From positions 416,001-480,000 of the forward strand of contig CBDEFM010000002.1 in NCBI GenBank assembly GCA_965237415.1: 64,000 nt of DNA, in the 5' to 3' direction. Source of the stretch: Alphaproteobacteria bacterium. Its GTDB lineage: Bacteria > Pseudomonadota > Alphaproteobacteria > UBA828. The notes under the pieces are model-generated. The model was not told the origin of the DNA. It saw only the letters and a list, made by a program, of their open reading frames with translations, and made no database searches. Below are positions 33,669-45,215 of the stretch, one piece after another. The stretch's first letter is position 1. Each line of letters starts with the position of its first letter. The position numbers and the translations under genes are program-made.

Positions 33669-34645
33669 CAGTCCTTGCCCTGCGTCCTGATCTTGCGGGT
33701 CGGGTCCTCGAACACCATGGTCAGCACGAGGCCCAGCAGGATCGTCAGCAGCAGCAGGGTGAACGCGATCGCAGCACCCCGGCCGAGCTCGAAGAACTTG
33801 AACGACACGTCGAACAGGTAGGTCGGCAGGATCTTGGTCGCGTTGGCGGGGCCGCCGCCGGTCATGATCAGGATCGTGTCGATGAACCTGAAGTTGTCCA
33901 TGAAGCGGAGCAGGATCGCGATCAGCAGGAAGGGGTAGAGATTGGGCAGGGCGACGCTGAAGAAGTTGCGGAAGAGCCCGGCGCCATCCACCATGTGCGC
34001 TTCGAGTTGCTCCTGCGGGACGCGCTTGAGGCCGGCGAGCGTGATGAGCGCGATGAGCGGCGTCCACTGCCAGACGTCGGTCGCGACGACCGCGAACATC
34101 GCCCAGAACTTGTTGCCGAGGATCGAGCCGCCTTCGAGCAGGCCAATGCTCTGCAACAGCCAGAAGTACCAGCCGAAGGTTCCGTTATAGAGAAACACGA
34201 AAAGGAAGCCGGCGATCACGGGCGCCATCATCATCGGCATCAGGAAAATAGTGACGAGTATTTTCTCAAAGCGGTTGTTGTGAAGGATAATGGCTACCAA
34301 GACCCCGAGTGCGATCTCGACCGAGAGGCAGAGCGCGCTGTACTTGAAGAGCGTGACCCAGCCCCTGGCGAAATTCTTGTCGCTCGCGAGCCGCGTGAAA
34401 TTGTCGATGCCGACCCACACGTCCGACTTGCCCGGCGCGAGCTGCACCTCGTGCAGGGTCATGTAGATCAGCCAGACGAGGGGGTAGAGGGAGATCGCCG
34501 CCAGCAGCAGGATTGCCGGCAGCATCAGCCATAGCAGGTAGTAGCGCGGCGGCCGGTGGTTGAAGCCCGGCGGCAGGTGGTCGATCGTCCGCGCACCGCG
34601 CACGGCTTCGCCCGCGACATCGATATCCGCGAGGTTGGACGCCAT
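33668..34645 (-). CDS. CUT1 ABC transporter permease
   Basis: DVWQWTP, LEAHMVDGAG, MTGGGP. Confidence 0.9.
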   Translation of the reverse strand: MASNLADIDVAGEAVRGARTIDHLPPGFNHRPPRYYLLWLMLPAILLLAAISLYPLVWLIYMTLHEVQLAPGKSDVWVGIDNFTRLASDKNFARGWVTLFKYSALCLSVEIALGVLVAIILHNNRFEKILVTIFLMPMMMAPVIAGFLFVFLYNGTFGWYFWLLQSIGLLEGGSILGNKFWAMFAVVATDVWQWTPLIALITLAGLKRVPQEQLEAHMVDGAGLFRNFFSVALPNLYPFLLIAILLRFMDNFRFIDTILIMTGGGPANATKILPTYLFDVSFKFFELGRGAAIAFTLLLLTILLGLVLTMVFEDPTRKIRTQGKD

Positions 34646-34717
34646 GCGCTGGGCCTCCGCGCCGTTTCTCCGCCCGCGGCCGGCCGCCGCCGGTCGCGGT
34701 CAACAAGAGCCGCCGAC

Positions 34718-34749
34718 CGCCCGGGGTGCGCCGAAGCGTCCCCCGGGCG
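34718..34749 (-). other. Intercistronic stem-loop after the SBP gene
   Basis: CGCCCGGGG (34718-34726) pairs with CCCCGGGCG (34741-34749); typical mRNA-stabilising position. Confidence 0.5.
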
Positions 34750-34761
34750 ACGGGGTACCGA

Positions 34762-36291
34762 TCAGACGCCGTGAATGGCGTTCAGGTCGTCCCGGATGGA
34801 TTCGCACGCTTCCTGGGCCGAGAGCTCGCCGGAAATGCACTGCTGGGTGCCGACCCGAACGATCTCGTGATACTCGTTCGACTTCGGCAGCTTCGGCCCG
34901 AGCACCATGTTCGGCGAGCGGATGCCCTTGTCGTAGACCGCCTCGAAGGTAAGCGCGTTCGGCATGGTGGTTGGCCGATTGCGCGCCTCCTTGACCTCCG
35001 GCACCTCGAGGACGGACTTGCGGGTCGGCGTGCCGCCGACGCCCTGCAGGACCATGAGCTGCGTTTCGTGGCTACAGGCCCAGCTGGCGAAGATGAACGC
35101 CGCGCGCTGCAGGTCCATCGACGCGCCGGCGTTGATCCCGATGCCGCCGATGCCGCAGTTGGTGGCGTTGACGACGTTGTCGCTGCCGCCGACGTTCCAC
35201 GAAACCTCGCCCTTCGGCCCCATCGCGTAGGCCGTCTTGCCGCCCGCCGCGACGGACTGCTCGGGGTCCTCCACCGAGGCCGCGAACTCGTGGTACTGGA
35301 TCTGCATGGCGACGCCGCCGGCGGCGTAGACCGTGTTCAGCTCCAGGGTCCCGTTGGTCAGGTTGTCGGGATGGGAGACATCGGCGAGCGCCTTGTAGCC
35401 TTCCATCGCGCTGACCGACTGGGCGTCGCCCCAGTTGGTCGGGCCGGGGTTCTTCGAGCCCAGCGTGTCGTCGACCGCGAAGTCGAGCCACTGGTTCTGC
35501 GCATACATGTGCCGCTGGATGTCGAGCTGTGTCGTCCAGCCGAACGAGCCGTGATGCTGCGCATAGCCATAGGGGATGGACGCATCGCGTTCGTGCATCT
35601 TCCTGAAGAACTCGGCAATATCGACCATGTTCTTGTAGGTCGTGTCGTCGGTGAACTCGAGCCGGTAGCCGTAATCGGCCTCGAAGTCCTTGGTCAGTTG
35701 TTCGAAGAGGTCCTGCCGGTAGAAGGTGCAGGACACCGCGCAGTCATAGGGGAAGGCGCGGATCGGGCCGCGCTCGTAGTAGACGCCACAGGCATCCAGG
35801 AAATTCTCGAACCAGACATCGTCGCCGTAGCCCTGCGGGTCGAGCGGCAGCGTGTCGTCGACCGAGAACTGGTTGAGGTCGGCATAGAAGTCGGCGAAGG
35901 GCGAGCCGATCGGCTTGTCCTGCACGTAGTTGAGGTGATAGTCGGCCTGGCCGCTACGCAGGTCGATGCCGACCTTCTGCTGCACGGTCGGCAGGCCGTC
36001 GGTCAGGATTTCCACCTCGATGCCGGTGAGGTCGTAGAACGCCTGGATGTTGTCGCGAATGGCGAAGGAGGGCGGCGTGTTCTCGGACATGAAGACGAGC
36101 TTCGAGCCCTCGTACTGGCGCCACTTGGCTTCGTCGGACGAATAGGCGTAGACCGGCCGGCGTGTGATCACCGAGTTCATGCCGACCGCGAGCGAGCCGA
36201 CGCCGAGCGCTGTCGCGACGCCGCCCCCGAGCTCGAGGAACTTGCGGCGGCTGATCGGCTTGAACAGCGCCTTCTTGGGTGTGTGGAACAT
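34762..36291 (-). CDS. Tat-exported ABC substrate-binding protein (CUT1 type)
   Basis: SRRKFL twin-arginine signal; first gene of the ABC-aco operon. Confidence 0.85.
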   Translation of the reverse strand: MFHTPKKALFKPISRRKFLELGGGVATALGVGSLAVGMNSVITRRPVYAYSSDEAKWRQYEGSKLVFMSENTPPSFAIRDNIQAFYDLTGIEVEILTDGLPTVQQKVGIDLRSGQADYHLNYVQDKPIGSPFADFYADLNQFSVDDTLPLDPQGYGDDVWFENFLDACGVYYERGPIRAFPYDCAVSCTFYRQDLFEQLTKDFEADYGYRLEFTDDTTYKNMVDIAEFFRKMHERDASIPYGYAQHHGSFGWTTQLDIQRHMYAQNQWLDFAVDDTLGSKNPGPTNWGDAQSVSAMEGYKALADVSHPDNLTNGTLELNTVYAAGGVAMQIQYHEFAASVEDPEQSVAAGGKTAYAMGPKGEVSWNVGGSDNVVNATNCGIGGIGINAGASMDLQRAAFIFASWACSHETQLMVLQGVGGTPTRKSVLEVPEVKEARNRPTTMPNALTFEAVYDKGIRSPNMVLGPKLPKSNEYHEIVRVGTQQCISGELSAQEACESIRDDLNAIHGV

Positions 36292-36402
36292 GCTGCTTCT
36301 CCCTGCGGCTGTCGGATGATCGTGTGATACGAAGTGGGCGGGGTGTGAAGAGGCGGCGCGCCCAATGGCGTCCGCGGCGCTCTCCCCCCGCTGGCGGGGC
36401 GC

Positions 36403-36431
36403 AAAGTGAACGTTCGTTCGATTGGAGTCAA
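36403..36431 (-). promoter_or_regulatory. Putative sigma70 promoter with overlapping palindromic operator
   Basis: Minus strand TTGACT-N17-CACTTT; GAACG-TT-CGTTC palindrome (36408-36419) in the spacer. Confidence 0.5.
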
Positions 36432-36480
36432 TGGTCGCGCCAGTCGGGCACCGGCGTTGCTGCCGCCGCCCGTAGTGGCG

Positions 36481-38433
36481 CTAAGATTGGAGAGCCGGAA
36501 GGTCCTCGAACAGCGCCAGCGCCTCGGGGTTCGCCAGCGCCTCGCGGTTCTTCACCGCGCGGCCGTGGATCACGTCGCGGACCGCGAGCTCGGTGATCTT
36601 GCCGGAGCGGGTGCGCGGGATATCGGCGATCTGAATCATCTTCGCCGGCACGTGACGCGGCGTGCACTCGCGGCGGATGCGTGCCTTGATCCTGTCGGTC
36701 AGCGCATTGTCCAACGCGATGCCGTCGCGCAGCCGGACGAAGAGTACGATGCGCTGGTCGCCCTCCCAATCCTGGCCGATGCAGATCGCCTCCAGCACCT
36801 CGTCGCACTGTTCGACCTGGCGATAGATCTCGGCGGTGCCGATGCGCACGCCGCCGGGGTTCAGCACCGCGTCGGAGCGGCCGTGGATGACCAGCCCGTC
36901 GTGTTCGGTCCGCGTCACCCAGTCGCCGTGGCACCAGACGTTTTCGAAGCGGTCGAAATAGGCGCCGCGGTACTTGACGCCGTCCGGGTCGTTCCAGAAC
37001 GAGACCGGCATGGAGGGGAAGGGCCGCGTGCACACGAGCTCGCCCGGCTCGCCGCGCACGGGCCGACCTGCATCGTCGAACACATCGACTGCCATGCCGA
37101 GGCCCAGCGCCTGCAGCTCGCCGCGCCGGACGGGCCCCATGGGGTTGCCGAGGGCGAAGCAGGAGATAATGTCCGTGCCGCCCGAGATCGAAGCCAGATG
37201 CAGGTCGTCCTTGATGGCGCGGTAGACGTACTCGAAACCCTCCGGCGCGAGCGGCGAGCCGGTGGATGTCATGGTGCGGAGCGTGCCGAGGTCGTGGGTG
37301 CTCTTGGGCTGGAGCCCGGCCTTGGCTGCGGCGTCGAGATACTTGGCGGAGGTGCCGAAGAGCGTCATACCCTCCGCGTCGGCATAATCGAACAGGGCAT
37401 TGCCGTCGGGATGGAAGGGCGAGCCGTCGTAGAGTAGCAGCGTCGCCTCGGAGGCCAGCGCACTGACCAGCCAGTTCCACATCATCCAGCCGCAAGTGGT
37501 GGCATAGAACACCCGGTCGCCCCGCCCGATATCGCTGTGCAGCGCGTGCTCCTTCACGTGCTGCAGCAGCGTGCCGCCGGTGCCGTGGACGATGCACTTG
37601 GGCGCGCCGGTGGTGCCGGAGGAGAACATGATCACCAGCGGGTAGTCGAAGGGCACCCGCACGAAGTCGATCGGCCCGCCTTGTTCCGCCGCGAGTGCCG
37701 CGCCGTAGAGGACGGCGTCACGCAAGCTGTCGAGCGCCGGCGCCTCTTCCGCGTATGGCACAACAATCACATGCTCGACGGTGGGAAGCTCGGCCAGGAT
37801 CTCCTGCACCTGCGGCCGGCGGTCGAAGGTCTTGCCGCCATAGAAGTAGCCGTCGGCGGCGATCAGCACCTTGGGTTCGATCTGGCCGAAGCGGTCGAGG
37901 ACACCGTGCGTGCCGAAATCCGACGAGCACGACGACCAGACGGCGCCGAGGCTCGCCGCCGCCAGCGCGGAGACGATGGTTTCCGGCATGTTCGGCAGGT
38001 AGCCCCCAACCCGGTCCCCCTGGTTGACACCGCGTGCTGCCAGCGCCTGGGCCATGCGCGAGACCTGGTCGTGCAGGGCCGCGAAGCTGAGACGCCGCCG
38101 CACCCGGTCTTCGCCCCAGAAGACCAGCGCGTCTGCCTCGTCCCGCCGGCGCAGCAGGTTCTCCGCGTAGTTGAGCCTGGCGTCCGGCAACCAGCGGGCG
38201 CCGGGCATTTTGTCGGCGTCGATCACGATACGCCGGCCCGGCCCGTCGCCGACGATGCCGGCGAAGTCCCACATGGAGCGCCAGAACTGCGCCGGCTCGG
38301 CCACCGACCAGGCGTGCAGGGCGGCGTAGTCGGCCGCATCGACGCCCCACGTGGCGCTCACCTCGGCCATAAAGCGGCTGAGATGCGCGCGCTTCATTCG
38401 CTCCGCCGACGGTGTCCAGAGAGGCTGGGACAT
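36481..38433 (-). CDS. Acetoacetate--CoA ligase
   Basis: [55 protein letters not shown]. Confidence 0.93.
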   Translation of the reverse strand: MSQPLWTPSAERMKRAHLSRFMAEVSATWGVDAADYAALHAWSVAEPAQFWRSMWDFAGIVGDGPGRRIVIDADKMPGARWLPDARLNYAENLLRRRDEADALVFWGEDRVRRRLSFAALHDQVSRMAQALAARGVNQGDRVGGYLPNMPETIVSALAAASLGAVWSSCSSDFGTHGVLDRFGQIEPKVLIAADGYFYGGKTFDRRPQVQEILAELPTVEHVIVVPYAEEAPALDSLRDAVLYGAALAAEQGGPIDFVRVPFDYPLVIMFSSGTTGAPKCIVHGTGGTLLQHVKEHALHSDIGRGDRVFYATTCGWMMWNWLVSALASEATLLLYDGSPFHPDGNALFDYADAEGMTLFGTSAKYLDAAAKAGLQPKSTHDLGTLRTMTSTGSPLAPEGFEYVYRAIKDDLHLASISGGTDIISCFALGNPMGPVRRGELQALGLGMAVDVFDDAGRPVRGEPGELVCTRPFPSMPVSFWNDPDGVKYRGAYFDRFENVWCHGDWVTRTEHDGLVIHGRSDAVLNPGGVRIGTAEIYRQVEQCDEVLEAICIGQDWEGDQRIVLFVRLRDGIALDNALTDRIKARIRRECTPRHVPAKMIQIADIPRTRSGKITELAVRDVIHGRAVKNREALANPEALALFEDLPALQS

Positions 38434-38600
38434 GGCTCCTCCGCTCCTGCGGCGCCCTCATAGCAGGCTCCCACGCCGAACGGGAGAGCCCAGGGGCAGC
38501 AGTCCGGGACGAGACATTCGGCGCAGGCATTTGCCAATGCGTCTTGTAAACTTGTAAGTGCTTCGTTCCTGGTTCGCCTTGCGAGACGAGAGAGGCACCA

Positions 38601-38909
38601 ATGATTGCGGCCGTCGCCGAGCGCAGGTCCGACATCCAGCGGCTTTGCGGCCGGCATCACGTGCTGAGACTCGCGCTGTTCGGCTCTGCGGCGACCGGCG
38701 ACCACCGCCCCGGCGCGAGCGACTTCGACTTCGTGGTGGAGTTTCCGCCGTTGCCGGCCGGCGCCTACGCGGACAGCTATTTCGGCCTGCTGGAGGACCT
38801 CGAGCGGCTTCTCGGCGGACCGGTGGAGTTGGTCGTAGGCTCGGCCATCAAGAATCCGGTATTTCGCCAGTCGGTCGAGCATACCAGCGCGCTGCTCTAT
38901 GAGGCCTGA
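38601..38909 (+). CDS. Minimal nucleotidyltransferase (MNT/MntA-like) antitoxin
   Basis: LFGSAATGDHRPGASDFD (GS..DxD); overlaps the downstream HEPN gene. Confidence 0.88.
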   Translation: MIAAVAERRSDIQRLCGRHHVLRLALFGSAATGDHRPGASDFDFVVEFPPLPAGAYADSYFGLLEDLERLLGGPVELVVGSAIKNPVFRQSVEHTSALLYEA

Positions 38910-39255
38910 AGCCCGTAAATATCTGTACGATATTTGGCGTGCTGCCGAATTGCTGACCGAATTCACCGCCGACAAGGCATTCGCGGACTACGAGCGCGAC
39001 GCCATGTTGCGCGCGGCGGTCGAGCGCCAGTTCGGGGTGATCGGGGAGGCCACTGCGAAGTTGGCGAAGGTCGACCAGGCGCTGGCCACCCGCATCGCCG
39101 ACTACCGCCGAATCATCGCCTTTCGAAATATCCTCATCCACGGCTATGCCGACGTGGACGACCGTCTGGTGTGGGATGTGGTCGAAGCCAAGCTCCCAGC
39201 CTTACGCCGCAATGTCGAAGTGCTGTTGAGCGAGGCGGGTAACGAGTTGGACTGA
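38899..39255 (+). CDS. HEPN/DUF86 (HepT-like) toxin
   Basis: AVERQFGVIGEA and FRNILIHGY (RX4HxY). Confidence 0.88.
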   Translation: MRPEARKYLYDIWRAAELLTEFTADKAFADYERDAMLRAAVERQFGVIGEATAKLAKVDQALATRIADYRRIIAFRNILIHGYADVDDRLVWDVVEAKLPALRRNVEVLLSEAGNELD

Positions 39256-39323
39256 TTGCCGGTCCGTCGGCCCGCGCATATGCCACTCTATCGGCAACGG
39301 CTGACATTTCGGCAATATTCCTA

Positions 39324-39352
39324 TTGAAAGCGGACCGTATTCGTCCTATATG
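39324..39352 (+). promoter_or_regulatory. suf operon sigma70 promoter with Rrf2-type operator
   Basis: TTGAAA(39324)-N17-TATATG(39347); GGAC-N7-GTCC palindrome (39332-39346) in the spacer. Confidence 0.65.
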
Positions 39353-39403
39353 ACTGCCACGCGCGTTCGGACGGGAGCGGGCGATGGCGAAAGGGGGGCA
39401 AGC

Positions 39404-39864
39404 ATGATCCGTGTCAGCCGTATGGCCGACTATGGCGTCGTGGCCATGACCCACATCGCGCGCGATCCCCGCGCAAGGCACACCGCGGCGAGCATCGCGA
39501 CGCAGACCGGCGTGCCCCAGCCGAGCGCAAGCAAGCTCCTGAAATTGCTGGCAAAGGCCGGAATTCTGACTTCGCACCGGGGAGCCAAGGGCGGCTACGT
39601 GCTGGCGCACGCGCCCGAGCAGGTCTCGGTCGCGGCATTGGTCGCCGCCGTGGACGGGCCAATCTCGCTTGCCGACTGCCTCGACGGCCCCTCCGGTATA
39701 TGCGAACTGGAGAGCTTCTGCTCGGTGCGCGGCCCCTGGCAGAAGATCAGCGACGCGATCCGCGTCGCGCTGGAGGAAGTGAGCCTCGCCGACATGGCCC
39801 AGGCGGCGGCGGGCGCGGGCAGCGTGCCTGCGCGGGCGCAGTCTGTTGGACGGGAGCACGCGTC

Positions 39865-39868
<4 letters not shown>
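39404..39868 (+). CDS. Rrf2-family SUF system transcriptional regulator (IscR-like)
   Basis: [14 protein letters not shown], three Cys (DC...IC.....FC). Confidence 0.88.
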
Positions 39869-41328
<1,460 letters not shown>

Positions 41329-41382
41329 GACGACACCGCGTACCCCGTTTCAACCTCTTGTTCGAAGAGCAAGCCGAAAGCC

Positions 41383-42141
41383 ATGCTGACGATTGAGAAC
41401 CTACACGCGACCGCCGATGGCAAGCCGATCCTGACCGGCCTCGACCTCAAGGTGAACGCGGGCGAGGTGCACGCGGTCATGGGGCCCAACGGCTCCGGCA
41501 AGAGCACGCTCTCCTACGTTATCGCGGGCCGCGAGGGCTACGAGGTGACCGGAGGCTCGATCACTTACCAGGGCCACGATCTGCTTGCCATGAGCGTGGA
41601 AGAGCGCGCGCTGAACGGCGTCTTTCTCGCCTTCCAGTACCCGGTCGAGATCCCGGGCGTGGGCAGCGCCACCTTTTTCAAGACGGCGGTCAATGCCAGC
41701 CGCAAACATCGCGGGGAGAAAGAATACGACGCGATGGAGTTCCTCAAGGTGCTCAAGGCGAATCGCGCGGACCTCGGGATCGACGACAGTATGATTCGAC
41801 GCGCCCTCAACGTGGGGTTTTCGGGCGGCGAAAAGAAGCGGAACGAGATGCTCCAGATGGCACTGCTGGAGCCCACCCTCGCCATCCTCGACGAGACCGA
41901 TTCGGGGCTCGACATCGACGCGCTGAAAATCGTCGCCGGCGGTATCAACGCAATGCGTACGCCCGAGCGTGCCATGGTGGTCATCACCCACTACCAGCGG
42001 CTTCTCGACCACGTCGTGCCGGACAAGGTGCACGTGCTCTCGGGCGGCCGCATCGTCCGCTCCGGCGGCAGAGAGCTTGCGCTTGAGCTCGAGAGGAGCG
42101 GCTATGCCGGCTTCGGGCTCGAACCGAGCGCGGCGGCCTGA
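41383..42141 (+). CDS. sufC: Fe-S cluster assembly ATPase SufC
   Basis: GPNGSGKST, FQYPVEIPGV, FSGGEKKR, LDETDSGLDID. Confidence 0.96.
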   Translation: MLTIENLHATADGKPILTGLDLKVNAGEVHAVMGPNGSGKSTLSYVIAGREGYEVTGGSITYQGHDLLAMSVEERALNGVFLAFQYPVEIPGVGSATFFKTAVNASRKHRGEKEYDAMEFLKVLKANRADLGIDDSMIRRALNVGFSGGEKKRNEMLQMALLEPTLAILDETDSGLDIDALKIVAGGINAMRTPERAMVVITHYQRLLDHVVPDKVHVLSGGRIVRSGGRELALELERSGYAGFGLEPSAAA

Positions 42142-42157
42142 GCGGAGGTTCCGGGCC

Positions 42158-43483
42158 ATGGCCAGCCGGCGGACCATTCCCTTCGACTATCCCGCATCCG
42201 GCGCCATGGCGGCGGCGCTGCCGGGCGAGGGCCTGCCATGGCTCGATGCGCTTCGGGCCGAGGCGCGCCGCCTGAGCGCGGACGGGCTGCCCGGCACCCG
42301 CATGGAGGCGTGGAAGTACACCAATTTAGCGCCGCTCGCGGCGCTGGACTTTCTGGCCCCGTCTTCGGCAGTGGAGGCGCTTACGGAGGCCGATTTGGGC
42401 TCCGACGCCCTCGACGCGGTAGACGGGCCGTCGCTGGTATTCGTCAACGGCCGGCTCTCCGAGCGTCATTCGCGGGTCGATGCCCTGCCTCAGGGCGTGC
42501 GTATCGTCGGGCTGGCGCAGGGACTGGCGGACGATCCGGAATCGGTCGAGGTGCGGATCGGCGAGGCTGCGCCGCTGAATGGCGATCTCATGGCCGCCTT
42601 CAATGCGGCGTTTGTCGCCGACGGCTGCATCGTCGAGACCGAACCCGGTGTGGCGGTGGAGCAGCCGGTGCGGCTGCGCTTCGTGGCGGTGCCCGGCAGC
42701 GAGCCGCTCGCGTACCATCCGCGTGTGATCGTGCGCCTTGGCGCGGGCAGCCGACTCACCCTGGTCGAGTGCCACGAGGGGCCGGCAGGCGCGGCGACCT
42801 GGTCCAACCCGCTCGTGGACGTCCAGGTCGGCGAGCGGGCAGCGCTCAGCCACGTCAAGCTCCAGATCGAGGGCGACGGCGCCTATCACACGGCGCTGAC
42901 CAAGGCGGCGCTGGCGGGCGGGGCGAGGTACGAGAGCCACCTGCTGGCGCTCGGCGCCCGCCTTGCGCGCCACGAAATCCACGTCCGCTTCGACGGCGAG
43001 GGGGCCCGGTGCCTGCTTGGCGGCGGTTACATGGCGCGTGGCAACCAACACGTGGACAACACGACCGTGATCGACCACCGGGTGCCTGCCTGCGAAAGCC
43101 GCGAGGTCTACAAGGGCGTGCTCGACGATACGGCGCGCGGGGTCTTTCAGGGCAAGATCATCGTGCGCCAGGGCGCGCAGAAGACCGACGGCCACCAGCT
43201 CAACCGCACGCTGCTGCTCTCGCCCAAGGCGGAGATCGACTCCAAGCCCGAGCTGGAAATCTACGCCGACGACGTCAAGTGCAGCCACGGGGCGACGGCT
43301 GGCGAGCCGGAGGCCGACCAGCTCTTCTACATGCGCTCGCGCGGCCTCGATCACAGGACCGCCCTTGCGCTGATCGTCGAGGGTTTCATGGGCGAGCTGC
43401 TGGAAGGGATCGGTCACGAGCCGGTTCGGGCGGCGCTGGCCGCGCGCCTCGCGGACTGGATCGGGAAGGTCGACGAGGCATGA
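42158..43483 (+). CDS. sufD: Fe-S cluster assembly protein SufD
   Basis: EAWKYT, FVNG, GVFQGKI..AQKTDG, PELEIYADDVKCSHGAT, FYMRSRG. Confidence 0.94.
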   Translation: MASRRTIPFDYPASGAMAAALPGEGLPWLDALRAEARRLSADGLPGTRMEAWKYTNLAPLAALDFLAPSSAVEALTEADLGSDALDAVDGPSLVFVNGRLSERHSRVDALPQGVRIVGLAQGLADDPESVEVRIGEAAPLNGDLMAAFNAAFVADGCIVETEPGVAVEQPVRLRFVAVPGSEPLAYHPRVIVRLGAGSRLTLVECHEGPAGAATWSNPLVDVQVGERAALSHVKLQIEGDGAYHTALTKAALAGGARYESHLLALGARLARHEIHVRFDGEGARCLLGGGYMARGNQHVDNTTVIDHRVPACESREVYKGVLDDTARGVFQGKIIVRQGAQKTDGHQLNRTLLLSPKAEIDSKPELEIYADDVKCSHGATAGEPEADQLFYMRSRGLDHRTALALIVEGFMGELLEGIGHEPVRAALAARLADWIGKVDEA

Positions 43484-44748
43484 GCACCGCTCCCGCCCAA
43501 CGCTTCGATCGACCGGCGGCCGCTGCGGCGCCGTTCGACGCCGACAGTGTGCGCGCGGATTTCCCGATCCTCTCGCGCACCGTTCACGGCAAGCCTCTGG
43601 TCTTCCTGGATAGCGGCGCGAGCGCCCAGAAGCCCAGAGCGGTGATCGACGCCATCTCACGGTGCTACGAGGCCAAATACGCCAACATCCACCGCGGCGT
43701 TTACGAGCTGAGCGCGAAGGCGACCGAAGCCTACGAGGGCGCCCGCGCCAGGGTGCAGCGCTTCATGAATGCTCGCTCGGCCAGCGAGATCGTGTTCACC
43801 AAGGGTGCGACGGAGGCGATCAACCTGGTCGCCACGAGCTGGGGCGGCGCCTTCCTCGGCGAAGGCGACGAGGTCGTGCTCTCGGTGCTGGAGCACCACG
43901 CCAACATCGTGCCGTGGCAGCTGCTGCGCGAGCGAACGGGCATCGTGCTCAAGGTGGTGCCGACCGACGAGCGCGGCGTCTTCCCGCTCGATGCTTACGC
44001 GGCGCTGGTCGGGCCGCGCACCAAGCTGGTGGCTCTCACCCACGTCTCCAACGCGCTCGGCACCGTGACGCCTGTGGACGAGATCGTACGCATTGCGCAC
44101 GACCGTGGCGCTCTGGTTCTGCTCGACGGCGCGCAGGGCATCGTTCACTGCCCCGTCGACGTGCAGGCGATGGACGTGGATTTCTACTGCTTCTCGGGCC
44201 ACAAGCTCTATGGGCCGAGCGGTATCGGCGTGCTCTACGGCAAGGAGGCGCTGCTCGCGGCCATGCCGCCCTATCAGGGCGGCGGCGACATGATCGAGCG
44301 CGTGACCTTCGAGCGCACGACATTCGCCCCGCCGCCGGCGCGCTTCGAGGCGGGCACGCCGCCGATCGCGGGTGCCGTCGGCCTACATGCCGCAATCGAT
44401 TATGTCGCATCCTTCGATCCCCCCGCCGTCGCCGCCCACGAGCATGACCTGTTGACCTACGCGAGCGAACGGCTCGCGGCGCTCAACAGTGTCCGCCTCT
44501 ACGGAACCGCGCCCGGCAAGGCCGCCATCATCTCCTTCACGATGGACCACGTGCATTCCCACGATGTCGGAACAATTCTCGACCGGGCCGGCGTGGCGGT
44601 ACGTGTCGGCCATCATTGCGCTCAGCCGCTGATGGACCACTTCGGCATCGCGGGCACCGTGCGTGCGTCCTTCGGCCTCTACAATTCGCGGGACGATATC
44701 GACCGCCTGATCGACGGGCTCGACGAGGTGCGGGAGATTTTTGGCTGA
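43480..44748 (+). CDS. sufS: Cysteine desulfurase SufS
   Basis: LDSGASAQKP, EHHANIVPWQ, FSGHKLYGP, RVGHHCAQP. Confidence 0.94.
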   Translation: MSTAPAQRFDRPAAAAAPFDADSVRADFPILSRTVHGKPLVFLDSGASAQKPRAVIDAISRCYEAKYANIHRGVYELSAKATEAYEGARARVQRFMNARSASEIVFTKGATEAINLVATSWGGAFLGEGDEVVLSVLEHHANIVPWQLLRERTGIVLKVVPTDERGVFPLDAYAALVGPRTKLVALTHVSNALGTVTPVDEIVRIAHDRGALVLLDGAQGIVHCPVDVQAMDVDFYCFSGHKLYGPSGIGVLYGKEALLAAMPPYQGGGDMIERVTFERTTFAPPPARFEAGTPPIAGAVGLHAAIDYVASFDPPAVAAHEHDLLTYASERLAALNSVRLYGTAPGKAAIISFTMDHVHSHDVGTILDRAGVAVRVGHHCAQPLMDHFGIAGTVRASFGLYNSRDDIDRLIDGLDEVREIFG

Positions 44749-45215
44749 TGTCCGAGCTCCGCGAGCTCTATCAGGAGGTGATCCTCGATCACGGCAAGTC
44801 GCCGCGCAATTTCGGCCGACCGCAGGCGGTGACCGGCGAATCCCACGGCCACAATCCGCTCTGCGGGGATACGGTGACGATTTACCTCGCGGTGGCGGAC
44901 GGCGTGGTTACGGACATCGGCTTCGAGGGCAGGGGCTGCGCCATCTCGATGGCTTCGGCCTCGATGATGACCGAGATGCTCCACGGCAAGTCGCTCGACG
45001 AGGTGCAGGCGATGTTCGCGGGCTTTCATTCCCTGGTGGCGTCGTCGGATCCGGCCTGCGAGCCGGGCTTCGCGACACCCGATCTGGACAAGCTGATCGT
45101 GCTTGCCGGCGTGCGGGAGTTCCCGATGCGGGTCAAGTGTGCGACGCTTCCCTGGCACACGATGAGGGCAGCGCTCGAGGGCGAGGGCGAGAGCGAGGAG
45201 ATCACCACCGAATGA
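44748..45215 (+). CDS. sufU: SUF system NifU-family protein SufU
   Basis: LYQEVILDH, NPLCGD, GCAISMASAS, RVKCATLPW. Confidence 0.9.
   Translation: MSELRELYQEVILDHGKSPRNFGRPQAVTGESHGHNPLCGDTVTIYLAVADGVVTDIGFEGRGCAISMASASMMTEMLHGKSLDEVQAMFAGFHSLVASSDPACEPGFATPDLDKLIVLAGVREFPMRVKCATLPWHTMRAALEGEGESEEITTE

Noticed and set aside
38515-38540. Sigma54 promoter
   Set aside because: GG-to-GC spacing is 11 nt on one strand and 9 nt on the other, not 10.
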